From Thelocarpon superellum (taxonomy: Eukaryota), in NCBI GenBank assembly GCA_026025795.1, contig JAPEUG010000029.1, positions 1 to 64,000 of the forward strand: DNA of 64,000 nt, given 5' to 3'. Below, piece after piece: positions 23,352-36,859 of the stretch. Positions within the stretch are counted from its first letter, which is position 1. The number at the start of each line of letters is the position of its first letter. The notes below the pieces were generated by a model. The model was not told the origin of the DNA. It did no database searches and saw nothing but the letters and a program-made list of their open reading frames with translations. The translations under genes were made by a program, and so were the position numbers.

Positions 23352-26300
23352 CGCGACGGCAAACTGGCGCCTGGGACGGTGTCAGTGTCAAAGGTGCAGC
23401 TCAAGCGCACGCAAGGTGGTCGAAGCGGAGAAGAGAAGGAGGTCGGCCGCAGCGCTGACCAAACCACCGAGGACTGGAGGTGTGCACGAGGGGCACGGGG
23501 ACGTAGTCGGATGGGGAGTCGGGAGATACGGACCTGTTGAACGTGTGGGTGCACGTAGACGGACGTCGGACGCGGTGAGGCGGACGAAGAAGCAAGTCAC
23601 TACTTCCCTGCAGGACCCCTCTGCTTTTTGAACGATCGTGGGATCACAACCGCAGCTCTCTACGAGTCACTGTCCGTCGTCGGGGGGAGAGAGGGGCCCA
23701 GTCGACAGGGTTGGATGGCAACCCCCGTTATGTACGACCGGCGGCGATCTCGAACTGCCAACACCCTAAAGGGTGGTAAGGGACTGCAGGCCGGGATAAA
23801 TTGCGACGCCATGGGCCTACCCTCTTCGCGGTCGAGCAACCTTTGGGGCTACGCCGGGGAAGGCAAGGCGGAACGCAAGCCTAGCCGCGCCAGACCGGGC
23901 CCTCTGCCACGGACACCACCACGCTGCCTCGCCTCGACCCTAAACCCTCCACGCGCCCCGCCCGCCCAATCGTCGCTCCTTCGGCAGACGAGCCCTCTAT
24001 GCAATCGCAACGTCTTGGCACGCCGCCATGCCCCTGCCCGTCCATGATTGCTGGAGTGCACGACGGCCGCCATGGCCTCGAGGGCCTCGATGATTCCGAT
24101 CGTGATGCGTCCAGGAGGATGTGGACTGCTCCCCCCGCTCCGTTCTGTCGGGTCGTAAGAGCCCTTTGGGCGCGGTACAGCGTCTGCCCATGGTACACGG
24201 TTGGACGCAAGGCATCATGCACGGCATGGCGGTCGGCCTCGCCAAAACTCCACTAACCAGAATCCGCGCGACGAGGTCAAGTTGTGGAAGTGAATAGTGG
24301 CCGATCAGGACGCTGCACGGCGTGGACTAAGGTGGGTGGGACCTGGCGGGGCTGGTCCGCGCGCCGCCTGCGCGCCGCCTGCTGGCTGTGTGGGTCGGGA
24401 GAGGGTCTTGGTGCTGCATGGCGAACGTCGCTAGCAGTTCCAGGACCGTCCGCACCGCACGGAGCCCACCCCTCTCCAACCGGGTCGACCAGGACGTCCC
24501 CAAACTGGAGGGGAGGGGGGGTGAGCGAAGGAGCCGGTGGTGGTCGAGGTCGGGGCCCTGTGCGCTCGGATCCCATGTCTCTGGTGCGGCGGGTGCGCAA
24601 TGCGCTGGGGACGCTGGAGGAGAGGCCGGCCGGCCAAACGGGGACGTGTACTGGTAAGCGAACTCGCACGTCCCGGGGCCAGGGTGGACCAGTGGCACAC
24701 TCGGGTCAGGTCCTCGAACTTCCGTCCCCTCACTTCTCGCCGTCATGGCGGCCCATGGCGGCCCTGACCGGTGGGCACTAACCCCGACTCAGATACCTGG
24801 GCCGGCCTGAGATAAGACGAGGTATTGCATGGAAGCCCGGAACGTCGAACGACGAACGCACCAATTGTCCGACGGCGTGGATGCTGGACGGGATGGATCC
24901 CGCACCGCTGCACTAAAGGCGAAGTATTGTTGCGCTTGTAGGATTCCCGCTCTTCTACGATGATCACCCTTGGCCTCTTGGCACACAGCCGTCCGGTCAC
25001 GCTGGCGCTCACCCTGTCCTCCCAGCACGCCGGCGTCGCGGCTGCGCTCGCGAACGGGCGACGTGCGGGTGAATGAAGCTTGTCTCCGGGTTTCGCGAGC
25101 CGGTGGCACGGGTGGCGAGCGAAGGAGGCGAGCGCAGGCTGGCCTCGCCGGCCCTGAATTAACGAGAACAAGCGGAGCGACCAGGCGCCGGTGGAAATCC
25201 CCACACCGCGCTGCCTCTAGGCTCTCTGGTAGCCTTTCGCCGATTGTAGATCCAGCCATCGGGATCATCTGGCCAATTTTTGGGTGGTGTGCGATGTTTC
25301 CCTCTCTGGGGCGGCCACTTCGTCGTGTCTCAAGGCCCAGAGGTCATCACCTGAACGGATCTGGCTCCGCTCCAGCACAACGTCGCTTCCGACGGCTGCC
25401 CGCACGAAAACCTCGTACCTCGTACATAATTCGGCTACCATCGATATCGTCTCAGGAGGGGGGCGAATACTGCGCTCGTAGGAGTATAGGAGCAGGGCCA
25501 GGAACAGCCAATCACGTCCCGACAATGAAAACGACCAACACACGCAATGAATCCTTAGTAAGCCAGCCGCTCGCCGCGGCGGGTGGTGTTATATCCCGAC
25601 GGCAATGAATTTACATGGAACCAATGACGGTGGTAGTTTCGAACGCTGAAATTGGTCATGCTTCCTTCCAATGGAGCCAAACCCAGGCAGAGGCGCGTCG
25701 TTGCTGACGAGCGAGTGCTGAGCGCTGATGATAACGTCGCCACGATCATGCATGCTCTGAGCATGAGTCAGCCCTTGCGTAATCTTCGTGGGGTCGAGCG
25801 TGCCCGTCTGTGTGATTGGCCGACCACGTCGATTTGGGAGACATTGACCGGGAGCGCTTGCAGGTCATGCGGCCTATCAAAGCGTGTCCGGTGCGCACCG
25901 GACAAAAAAGCACCGGGAGTCCCCCCGCGACGTCACCATGGGTCCCTATCCGGACGAGCTTGGCCACCACTGGAGGGGCGTCGCCTCACTCACAAGGGTA
26001 CTGATAAGGGACACGCCTTCCCCAACAAATGACTCGTGATGGATATCCGATGGCCCACCGAGAACACGAGGACTGGGCGTGGGATGGGCATTCCTTGACC
26101 AACAGCTTCATCGAGTCTTGGCAGAAAAATTTGCGACCATCGGATCAAAGAGACGTGAAGACACAGACCTCGCCGGCCGCATGGCGCGTAAATGGCTCGA
26201 CTCGGCGTCCTGTGAGATGAGGATGGATACGTCTGCATCCCCAGGCATTGCCCTGAGACGTCCACGACCTTAGTGTGCCCACCCTATTCGGTTGGAATTA

Positions 26301-27310
26301 GCCTGGACGGTAGGGTCGAGGCGTGCAGCGTCGTGTCTCGAGTTATGATCCTCGCGCAATGAGGGTCGTACGACCGTCGGCGTCGCGAGATCTCGGCGTA
26401 AGCGTGGCCTGGGAATGGGTCACACGAGCGCTCATCACGGCGAAATCGCACGATGGGCCTTGGGCGGTGGCGTGCTACAATTGATGTGCCAACCCAGAGC
26501 AGGGTGTCGACGCAAGCCAAGCCTCGGCGCCTTCCGAAGTGCCGGCACTACGAACATGAGTGCGTACGCCGCGCGTGGAGGCAACGACAGGTGGAGAGTC
26601 TCCTCCTCGCCATTCGTCGTACGAACCGCCACCTGCAGCGACCCAGGACAAAATGAAATCCACGGGAGCCAGCTGCGGCATGCTGCCACATCGGATTTTC
26701 GCTGTGCATGAGACCCACAGCATGCCCTGTCCATGATGGATCTGCTTCGCAGTGTTGCCGTTTTGCAGCTTCGCAGCAGGATCGAGCACAGTCGTCCCGA
26801 CGACGCTCGAGACAGCGGGACCAGGGGCGGGTGTCTAACCCGACTCCATGGCCCATGTCGCGCTGTTTGAGAGCTGTTTAAAGGTGTAGGTTGGTAGCTA
26901 AGGGGCATCGTTCTCCTACGGCATGACCGTCCAGTCTGTGAAGTCATAGCCAGGAGACCAAAATCAGGCCGAGTCACCTGGATTGAAGTGACAACCAGGG
27001 GTACCTTGGACGATCATGCCATCTGCTGCAGCTACTGCGAGTCGATCATGACATATGCATCAAGCATCGGAAGAAGCCATCCGGACCCGGTTGCTGAATA
27101 CCTCGTAAAATGTTCAACGCTCCGTTGTCTGCATACTTGCGCTGGGGTGCACACCTGTATCTGTGCATATGTGCCATGTAGCAAGTTGCGCAAGGGATCG
27201 TCGGCAGGTCGATCCGTTGGGCAGACATGCAAACACCACAATGCGACTTGTGGTATAAAATTATGAATCTTCATACAAGTTCTGTACTTTGGGCTGCTGA
27301 GTCGCCAGAA

Positions 27311-27436
27311 GCTTGCACATGACTATTTTGTTGGCAGTTGGTGACAGATGGTGTTCAACTCAGCACGGCGAATGCTCGCACGTGACTATTTTGTTGGCAG
27401 TTGGTGACAGATGGTGTTCAACTCAGCACGGCGAAT
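27311..27436. repeat. 63-bp tandem duplication (2 copies, 2 mismatches)
   Basis: Copy 1 at 27311-27373 begins gcttgcacatgactatt. Copy 2 at 27374-27436 begins gctcgcacgtgactatt. The rest is identical. Confidence 0.95.
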
Positions 27437-28168
27437 ATTTGAGACCGCCCGACTTTTAGATAGCAGACAAAGATGGTGTATCAAGCAGCTTCTTCTGCTG
27501 TTCCTTTCCCGGGTTGCATGTGGAGCTTGAACCTCCCAGCCTGATAACGCAGTTGAAAGTGGTTGGTGGAAGGCTGCTCGAACGCCCGGGAGTTCCCCAT
27601 GGATCTAAATGCTCCTACAAACCGACGAATTTGCCCGCGTGTACCTGAGCCTCAGCGCCCGGTTTACCACAGCTCTTAGCATGGTGCTAGCGTAGGACGT
27701 GGTATTACTGACACCTGAGTGGCTGGAGAGCGCAAGACTCCCATCTGGACTCCTGGCACGGTCGGCGACCAAGCCAATGAGCGTCGGCCAAAAGCTCGAC
27801 TGCGCTGTCAATGATCGGCAGAGTCCCACCCGAATCAGGGCAGCAGTAGTGGCGACGGAACAGGTCCTGAGCTGGGCATTCGTTACTACTTGCACGACAT
27901 CAGGAAATGGCCAAACGACGTGGCTAATGGCCGTTGCATCTGCTTGTGCTGCACGCCCCGCACAACACCATCCACCGCCACACGAGCGTCCCTGACGCAT
28001 CCAGCGGTCGACTCGACCACCACGGACGCAACAAATGCTCTCTTCATCACCTCCGGTCTGGCACCAACGCGCCGCAGCTCCGCGAGCGATTCCGCGCGCC
28101 AAGCTTGCATCGTCCTCCAACGAGACCCTGAGGAGGTGACTTAGCGAGGGACGCTTCATGACTGAGGC

Positions 28169-31100
28169 ATGACCGTTGAGCCATCGCTGCGTGGCGTCAC
28201 CTCTGCTCACGTTGGTCGTGCGGGCGGTCACGGTCTCGGTGGGGTCCCACCCGTCGCAGAGGTGGTGGACCGTACACTGGACCCAGCCATCGTCCGCTTG
28301 GAAGTCAACAAGATGCCCCAGGTCATCGAACGCCCCGAGACGGCTGCGCACGACTCGGACGGATCCAACTCATCAGACGACTCTCGCCCTGGCGTGCGGC
28401 AGGCTCGGGACAGGTATGACGAAGAAGTGAACGGTCAAATTCAATTCACCCCCGGATCGACCATGGATAGCCTCTCACCCCGGAACGCTCCGCCCCCCTA
28501 TACCTGGACATCCAGCTCCCCGCGTCCCCGACGCACGAGCGGCGGCACGTCGAATGGATCCTATGACAATGCCATCATGACCCCCGCCGAGACGCCGGTG
28601 AACGGCACCCCGGCCCGAGCGCCTCGGCCGACTGCGCCTGCCCGCACGCCCTCGAGCACCTACGCCCCCCCGCGCCACCCGCCACAATACATCTCCCTGC
28701 ACGCGGCCCGCTATAGATCCGGGTCCACCTCGCGCTCACGACGAGATCCGAACGCACAATATCGCGCGCAGGAAAAGGCCTACGTGCAGCGGCTCCGGCA
28801 AGAGCCCAACGAGTACTTCTTCGGCGAGTCCTACAACCCGAGCATGGGATACAGTACCGGCTCGGAGACGGAAGATGAATCCCCCTCGTCCGAGGCCAAC
28901 TTCGACAACGACCCTTATGACCAGGACGTGCCGCTCTACTACAGTAACAACGACCTGCAACCATCGCTGGAGGAGCTCAAGATCCCGGCCAATCGCGAGC
29001 GGTTGGAGTGGCACTCGATGCTGGCGTCCGTCTTGACGGGGGACGTCGTGAAGCAAGAAAAGAAACGGCTGATCGGTGCGTCGGAGCAACAAGGCGAAAA
29101 CTCCCTCAAGACCGAGGTCTGGATCGGGGTGCGGGCCAAGATCTGCGGCCGGTCCATCGCCGCGCAGCGCCGCCTGCTGGATGACGGCCGCGCCACCATC
29201 GACGCGGTCATCGAGTCCATCATCAACTTTGAGATCAAGGGCGAGAAGGAGGCAGGGAAACCCCCGGTCCAGCAGGTGCACGACGTCGTCAGGCACATTG
29301 AGCGCTGCGAGAGCCTCTACCCAACCCGTCAGGCTCTCGAAGCCGCAAAACCCCGCGCGGCATCGCCCCCCTATCAGGCCAGCTGCGATGCCGTTGTGGC
29401 TTGGCACACGACCACGGCCCTCATCAACACGGAGCTGGCCATTCTGCAGAGCTGGGTGGGCAACGAGGAGTTGGATTTCGGCCGGCAAAAGGCCCGCTCG
29501 CCCGATGGCACCGGCCTGACTGACGTCGCGTCCTTCCTCGACCGCATCCTCAAGGAGGATGGGCTCCGGTCGCTACAGGGCGATCATAGCATGCTGATCG
29601 GCGTGAGCGAGGTGATCCGCAAGGCGAAGAAAACCCTCATCGATAACGCCGAAGCCTTTGCGATGCGCCACCTGCCACCCTACATCGAGGAGCTCCTCAC
29701 TCTTATCAACTTCCCTTCTCGGCTGATCGGCGAGGTCATCCGTATGCGCCTGCTCTACGCCAAGAACATGCGCGACCCGTCGCAGCAGAGCCCGATGATC
29801 TCGGAACAGATGATCCTGCAGTTCCAGATCTTGTTGAAGCTGGCTGTGCGCACCAAGCAGGAATACACCGTCATCTCTCAGCCCGAGCCCGGCTGGGATC
29901 TTCCGCCCTGCTTGGACGAAAATTTCGACGCGACCGTGGTGGACGCGCTGAAGTTCTACTTCAAGATGCTGAACTGGAAGCTGAGTGGGAATAAGAACAC
30001 CTTCAAAGAGGCCGAGATCCTCGAACAGGAGTGGGAATTCTCCAACGAGATTGGACGTTATGTCGAGGGCGGCGACGTCGAAGTCGCCGAGCAGTTCAGC
30101 TCGCTGACGTCCAAATCGCTTTCGCGACTCGCCGCGCACTTCGATAAAGAGCTCCAGCGCCGACCCAACGAGGCGGCGGGTGAGATGCACAAGCGGTACA
30201 AGCAGATTCTCGACTCGGTCCGCGTGCGGCAGCGCAAGCTCTTCCGCTTTTCGCGCATCCTGGGGCAACGCTTCGAGAATGCCACGGAGTTCAACATCGA
30301 CCTCATCCATGACCAGACCGCCGATCTCTACGATGCCTTGATAGAGTCGGGCCACTTCCTCGTGCACACCGTCGCGGCCAACCGCGATCACCTCTACCTC
30401 CTGGCCTCGCCGTCGCTCTACAATCGACCCAACGACATCCAGTCCATCCTCGGCACGTGCTTCCACGCGGACGACACCATGGAAGATCCCTCGAACCCCT
30501 ACGTGCTCGTCGTGCACCCGCAGGAACCCATGTTCTGGGACGGGCGGAAGGCCACCGTGGACGTGCGCGAGATGCCGTTCGACGTCAAGACGGGCCGGCT
30601 TCGGCTGGTGGCCGATGGGTCGCAGGCGCGGCTGGCCAACGCCAAGCTGGCCTTCGCGCAGGCCGTCGGCCGGCAGCTGGATGTCATCATCGAGCAACGG
30701 GCGAACTTGGCGCGGGTCAACACGGAGCTGATGCGGATCAAAAAGACGGCCTACAAGCTGTCCAACACGATCATGGACAGCGTCGAGATCATCCGCAAGC
30801 AGACGGCCGGCCTGCAGTGCCAGGAGCTGATCCAGACATGCTTCGCCTTCGCCACCGAGTTTGGGCAGCGGTCGTTGACGTACATGGACAGCAACCGGCG
30901 CGCCATGAACAACCTGAAGCTCACCCGGCTGGCGCTCGATTGGGTCAGCTTTATCGCCGACGATTGCGTCGCGGCCGACCGCAAGACCTTCCGCTGGGCC
31001 GTGGTGGCGTTGGAGTTTGCCATGGCCATGACGTCGGGACAGAACATCCTGTCCATCAGCGAGGAGGAGTACGCGCGACTCCGCGCCAAGGTAGCCGGCT

Positions 31101-32431
31101 GCATGTCGCTGCTCATCTCACACTTTGACATCATGGGCGCGCGCTCGACGCTGGCGGCGCAGGCCGAGAAGCAACGCATGGAGGCCTTGAATAATCACTT
31201 CCGGAAGATGGACTTCAGCCGGATGAAGGACGACGAAGAGTCGTCACGCTACGTGCGAGAGCAGCGCTTGGCCCAGCTGGGCGAGATTGACCAGTGCCGA
31301 CGCCAACGGCAATCCGAGCGACAGGCGCTCGGCCGAGTACTGGAGGAGTCGAGCGAGGCCGATCGGTCGCTCACTTACCTGTCGTCGTCGGCGACCAACG
31401 TCACGTTGCGCTGGCAGCAGGGACAATTTGTCGGTGGCGGCACCTTCGGCTCGGTCTACGCCGCCGTCGACCTGGACTCCGGTTTTCCCATGGCGGTCAA
31501 GGAGATCCGCCTCCAGGATCCGCAGCTGATCCCGGCCATCGCGGCGCAGATCCGCGACGAGATGGGCGTGCTCGAGGTGCTCGACCATCCCAATGTCGTG
31601 TCGTATCACGGTATCGAGGTGCATCGCGACAAGGTCTACATCTTCATGGAATATTGCTCGGGCGGATCACTGGCCGGGCTGTTGGAACACGGCCGGATCG
31701 AAGATGAGACGGTCATTATGGTCTACACTTTGCAGATGCTCGAGGGTCTCGCCTACCTCCACGCGAGCGGGATCGTGCATCGAGACATCAAACCCGAGAG
31801 TAAGTGGCCCGTCGTCGTCTTGTTGCGAGGGGCACTCGGGCGGCCAGGCTGATCGGCGTCACTAGATATCCTGCTGGACCATAACGGGGTGATCAAGTAT
31901 GTCGATTTCGGTGCAGCCAAGATCATCGCACGTCAGGGCAAGACGCTGGGGGCGGGCGAAGGCCCGACGACGCGGCACGGCAAGCTGAAGACGATGACGG
32001 GAACGCCCATGTACATGTCGCCGGAAGTGATCAAGGGGCAACGCGAAGGGCCACAAGGGGCGATCGATGTCTGGTCGCTCGGCTGCGTGATCCTGGAAAT
32101 GGCCACGGGACGACGACCATGGGCCAGCCTCGACAACGAGTGGGCCATCATGTACAACATCGCGCAGGGTAATCCGCCGCAACTCCCGGCCAAGGATCAG
32201 CTCAGCGAACTCGGCATCAACTTCTTGAAGAAGTGTTTCGAGCGGGATCCGTCTAAGCGCAGCTCGGCCGCGGAGCTTCTGCAGCACGAATGGATCATGA
32301 CCATCCGCAACCAGGTGGTCATCGATCCCGGCACGCCGAGCGACACGGCGTCGACTCCGACCTCAAGCGCGAGCAGCAGCGCTGGCGGAGGTGGAGGTGG
32401 AGGAGGTGGAGCACGTGGGAGCATCTTGTGA
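28169..32431 (+). CDS. SSK2: MAP kinase kinase kinase of the HOG pathway (Ssk2/Wis4/Os-4), 2 exons; start could alternatively be the ATG at 28313
   Basis: RERLEWHSMLASVLTGDVVKQEKKR in the N-terminal domain. Kinase motifs WQQGQFVGGGTFG, MAVKEI, HRDIKPE|NILL, DFG and GTPMYMSPE. Intron at 31800-31865. Confidence 0.95.
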
Positions 32432-35400
32432 GAGTGTTTCGTGTCACGACGACATGTCCATATCTCTGGCCCTCAATGGCCTCATTTTCTCCTAGTTTCT
32501 TTTCTCTCCCTCTCCGGGGGATGTTTTAGGATTGCATCCGGGTGCGACGGGAGCCATAGCATGCTGGAGCGCATGTTGACGTACACGAGGGCTATTCCCA
32601 CTGAGCAAGGAGTGAGCAATAACGATCGCTGTGACTACACCGGGGTCGCCATATATGTACCGTGATACCTTACCATCCTAGATCCGTTCCGCACATCGCG
32701 ACGACCAACTAATCGACCGACCAACCAACCATCCTTGTACGCGATGATGTGCATGCATAGGTACTCACGACGTCCAGCACCCGCGGGTTGATCCGTCCGT
32801 CCGTCCGTCCGTGCGGGCGTGCGAGCGGGCGGCTAGGCGGGCGGCGACGGCCTCGCATCGAGGCCCGAAATGACAGGGCGAGGGCTAGGATCCAGGATGT
32901 AGGACCTGGATCACGAGATTCGGAGCCGATGCACCCACGGTTACTCCGGGGCCCGCCAAGATCATGGGCGACCCCCGTTATCTGAGAAGGGCTTCCTCAT
33001 CACCTAGGGCCCCCATCATCTATGAGACCCTGCCATTTATAAGGGTCCCTCCATTGGCACGGGTGCTTCGTGATCTTCCTATCTGCCTGGAGTTGGTCAT
33101 ACATGGGGTACTACTTCTTCCTACTACTACGAGGAGTAGCAGCGCTCTTATAGAACCATACGTCCTTGAATCTATCATCTACCCATGGAAAAGTTGTACC
33201 AATGATAGAAACACATCTTTGGTCGGCAGTGGTTGGGGGTGAAGCGCAGCGGTGGCAGGGAGGGGGACTTTGCCTGCCAGTGAGCTTGATCACGGGAGGC
33301 GACAGACGCACCATTGCATGCGTGGGCCCCGCCACGTAGAGTCAGATGCCTGAGTACTACTCGGCTGGTAGCCATTTGAGTGTAAAGGGAGTACGAGAGA
33401 AATTACGAGGCAATCAATCTTTCTCCCCGTGACACTCTGCCTGTCCCTGGGGATGGTGGGTCATTCGAGAAACTCCGCGCGAGAAGAATTGGAGCACGGC
33501 AGCCTCCCAACTATCGTACTAGTAAGGCAGTAAGCACAGCTTGGTGCATTCCATTCTGGGCGACAAAGTCTTGTCGATCACCGGTCGATTCCTAGGATCG
33601 CCAACCCTAAATCAAATCATCCCCATGGCGGCATCGATGTCGCACGTCAAACTATGTAAGAAATGTGCGGCAGGGGTGGGATGAAAGGACCTGGCCTCCT
33701 TGCTACACGTCCCAGTATCTGCTATCCACATTCATGTCTCCGTGTTGGAAGATGCGGGTGGAGAACCTCGTCGCCATACAAACATAGAGCGCTTCCGTGA
33801 TAGCCGACGAATTGACAAGCATGTGTGTTGTAACAGTTGCCAGGTCCGCCCGCGCCGTACAGGTACATCTGTAATCTGAGATGAGCCAAGGTCCTGACCT
33901 GTCTGACGGACGGCTTGCAGCGGAAGGGACGACAAATCTTGGGACACGACCGCATGCTTGTGTATCCGAGTACGACGGTCCCAAGCCGACTACTATGATG
34001 CTTGCCTCACGGCATGGGGGCCGCGGTTCCAGCCTGGTCGGCATGGCGCCAAGCTCGGGCCAGGGTTGCGAAGACGGTGGTGGTTGTGATGCTGGGTGGG
34101 CTGCCAGCTCGTGCCCGGTGGCTGGACGGGAACTGCTCGGCTCGATCGCTCCCAGTCGGTCGCGCGATCATTGGTCGAGGGCCTGACTTGCAGCGAAGAA
34201 GGGCAACCGGATGACGAGGTGCAGTGAGCCTCAACTAGGCTCGGCGACGGAGCACGATGAGTACTCATACCATGAGTGGGAGTCTTCTAGTCGCTCGGGG
34301 CCGTCGCCATGTGCACATCGCGATGCACTGTCAAATGAGCTGACGGCACGCCATTGGCCCGCGGGCTACCGGGTGACCAGCATCGGTCCAATCACCGATC
34401 CGCAGTACCTGTCCGTCCAGGCATGATTCGCCCCGGGGTTGACCCAGCATTCGCTCCTCGCCGCCGCCATCTGGCGGCGACCTTTCCGTCTCCGTTTCAG
34501 ATCCCGCTTCGGGCGGCCCTCGTCGGCTGTGTGACCGACGGCCACCCTATGGGACCGCATGCTCATCTCGACATGCAGCCCTCATGACGGCCTTGCCTCC
34601 AACGACGTTTCCCGGCAGCATGTGCGCGGCACCCACCTGGCACCGGCCTGCACGGTGTATGCGCTCAACATGGCCGGAGACCGCGAGACCCAGCTGCCGT
34701 CAGCGTCTGGCCATGGCCATCTTGGGGTGCCGGCGCCGCCTAGCCCAACCGTCTTAGGCGGGCCACGTTGGTGGCACCCGCCCGTTGGCGGTTGTTGCAC
34801 GGAGCACGCTTCGACATGCCTGGGCTGGCCCCGCGGCCCAGACTGAGCCGTGCACTATCAATGTTCTGCAGCCCAAGTCGGCGCGCCAGGACGCGATGAC
34901 TGCCTCTAGCACCCTGCTAACGACAGGTACGAGTACAGAGAACAGACCACCCCCCTCCCCGCCTCCCCCTTCATGTCCACTCCTCACGGTGCTGCCCAGG
35001 CTGTTTGGAATAGCGGGCACGACAACGAAAGACCGAGGGCGGCATTGCGTCAGCGCGTTCGTGCAGAAGGTGTCAGGGCCCCGGTCGCCTCAGACGGAGG
35101 CGCTTGCCCGCTGCGTAAGTGCGTCGGGCCGTGAAAAGGGACTGGAGACTGGAGACTGGAGGGTTGCCCGGCCCTGGCGAAGAGGGGTACGGGTGCGGAG
35201 TCACCGCTACTTGGCAGGCACGGCAACGCCGATCTTCGCCCGAGCCATCGCGCCGGCCCTGCTTCGCTGCAGATCCAATGCGGGCATGGGTCGAGACTAT
35301 TGACGCAAACCCTCGGATGAAGGCCTTCGGCTTTGCGTAATGAGGGCTGCCCGCGCAAGCTAGCATATAACATACTTCGTAGCCCCCCCAAGCACTGACC

Positions 35401-35641
35401 AGCCGCGGGACGAGCGATCTTCACTGCTCCGGAAGCAGGGCAGCTCCCATTACGGCGAGACCTGGAGGAGACTCCCCCATAACTCGCTTTGTTTCTCATC
35501 TGCATCGTCGTCATGTATAGCCCCCGCGGCGGCCTCACGAAGTCTACGGCCTCCCGATAGCATGCCGCATCGCCAGTCGTCTTGCTGAGCCTCTTGTCAT
35601 TCCCACCCCCTCATCGCGGCGGTCGCTGAGACGGCGGCGAG

Positions 35642-36859
35642 ATGGGGCGAGAGCGGCGTGGGTTCTTGTCGGCCCTCCTCCTGACCGGCGCCTGGTCATC
35701 GATAATATGCGGGGCCATGACGGACGAAACGCCCCTGATCTCCGCTCGCATCGCTGCGGCATCAACATCCGCCACGCCCGAGGGCATCGTCATTCCTCTC
35801 TCCACCCTGTTAGGATCTTTAATCGCAACCCCGGCGACGACCTCGTCCGCATCCGTCTTCTCGGCCCCAGTCCCAGTCGCGGCTCCGGAGAAGCCGACCG
35901 CCGCCTCTATCTACAGCCCACCATCAGAGTCTCTTTCTTCGTCCTCTTCCTCGTCCTCTTCCTCACCTGCCTTCTCGACTCCCACGTCCGAATCTGCCTC
36001 GTCGGCCTCCTCGGAAACGCCGTCAACCACGTCCTCGGCGGGCGCCGGCGCTGTGGTCGTAACCACGGCATCTTCGGGGGAGATCAGCACTCCATCTGCG
36101 AGCGATGGTCATACCGCGTCCACGTCCGGTACGCCGTTAGCCGCGTCCGACTCATCCGCCCCCAGCGCCGCGGCATTACCAACCTCTTCGTCAGCAGGAG
36201 TGCCACCGAGTACACCAACGAGCAATCACACGGCGCTCATTGCGGCGCTCGCGGCGGTCTTCGGGAGCATCGCCCTCTTAGGTGTCGTCACCTTCGTCCT
36301 GTGGAGGTGGCGGCGAAAGAAGACGAACGACGGGACCGGATCTGCCGTCGACGACGACGAGATCGAAACCTGGCGTGGAAGTACCACAGTCCGGGGCAGC
36401 GGACAGAGCGAGATGCGCATTGGCAGCTTCGCCGAGATCAAAGCGGGCACGGCGGCCAACAGGAGGATTGAATCCTTCCAACGCGCGTCGACGACGCCGA
36501 GGCACTCGCCGATTCTCATCAACGTCGCCCGTCCCCCAAGCTCGGAAGGAAGCGCGAGCAATCACAGCGAACCTGGCCTACAAGGCCTGACTCCCACGCC
36601 CCAGAGATCAATTTCGAATTTGTCGAGCACGACGCCGCTGCGGAAGGCGGGCGCACTAGCTGACGGCACGGGCCAGCTTGCCACCTCCGCCTCATCATCA
36701 CCGCCACGGACCGACTCCGAAGGTACCGGGGAAGGAAATGTGGATGGACATGAAGAGGGAGAAGGGGACGAGTCCCGACCACGGACGGCGCACACGATGT
36801 CGAGGGACTTGGGATCTGAATTTGATTTTGGCACTCCAGCAGTGGAGACGGGCCACTGA
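35642..36859 (+). CDS. Type I membrane protein with signal peptide, Ser/Thr-rich ectodomain and one TM helix (Mid2/Mtl1-like cell-wall sensor architecture)
   Basis: Hydrophobic N-terminus (GFLSALLLTGAWSSIICGA), S/T/P/A-rich region, and TM segment ALIAALAAVFGSIALLGVVTFVLW followed by RWRRKK. Single 405-aa ORF. Confidence 0.8.
   Translation: MGRERRGFLSALLLTGAWSSIICGAMTDETPLISARIAAASTSATPEGIVIPLSTLLGSLIATPATTSSASVFSAPVPVAAPEKPTAASIYSPPSESLSSSSSSSSSSPAFSTPTSESASSASSETPSTTSSAGAGAVVVTTASSGEISTPSASDGHTASTSGTPLAASDSSAPSAAALPTSSSAGVPPSTPTSNHTALIAALAAVFGSIALLGVVTFVLWRWRRKKTNDGTGSAVDDDEIETWRGSTTVRGSGQSEMRIGSFAEIKAGTAANRRIESFQRASTTPRHSPILINVARPPSSEGSASNHSEPGLQGLTPTPQRSISNLSSTTPLRKAGALADGTGQLATSASSSPPRTDSEGTGEGNVDGHEEGEGDESRPRTAHTMSRDLGSEFDFGTPAVETGH

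Noticed and set aside
28736..31179. Long antisense ORFs opposite SSK2; similar ones lie opposite the coiled-coil gene (45384-47415), the ammonium transporter and SAH1
   Set aside because: Expected shadows of GC3-rich coding sequence, with no independent motifs.
32860..33900. Possible transposon relic in an AT-richer intergenic patch (also 47900-48700 and 56000-56580)
   Set aside because: No transposase or RT motifs, terminal repeats or target-site duplications are recognisable by eye.
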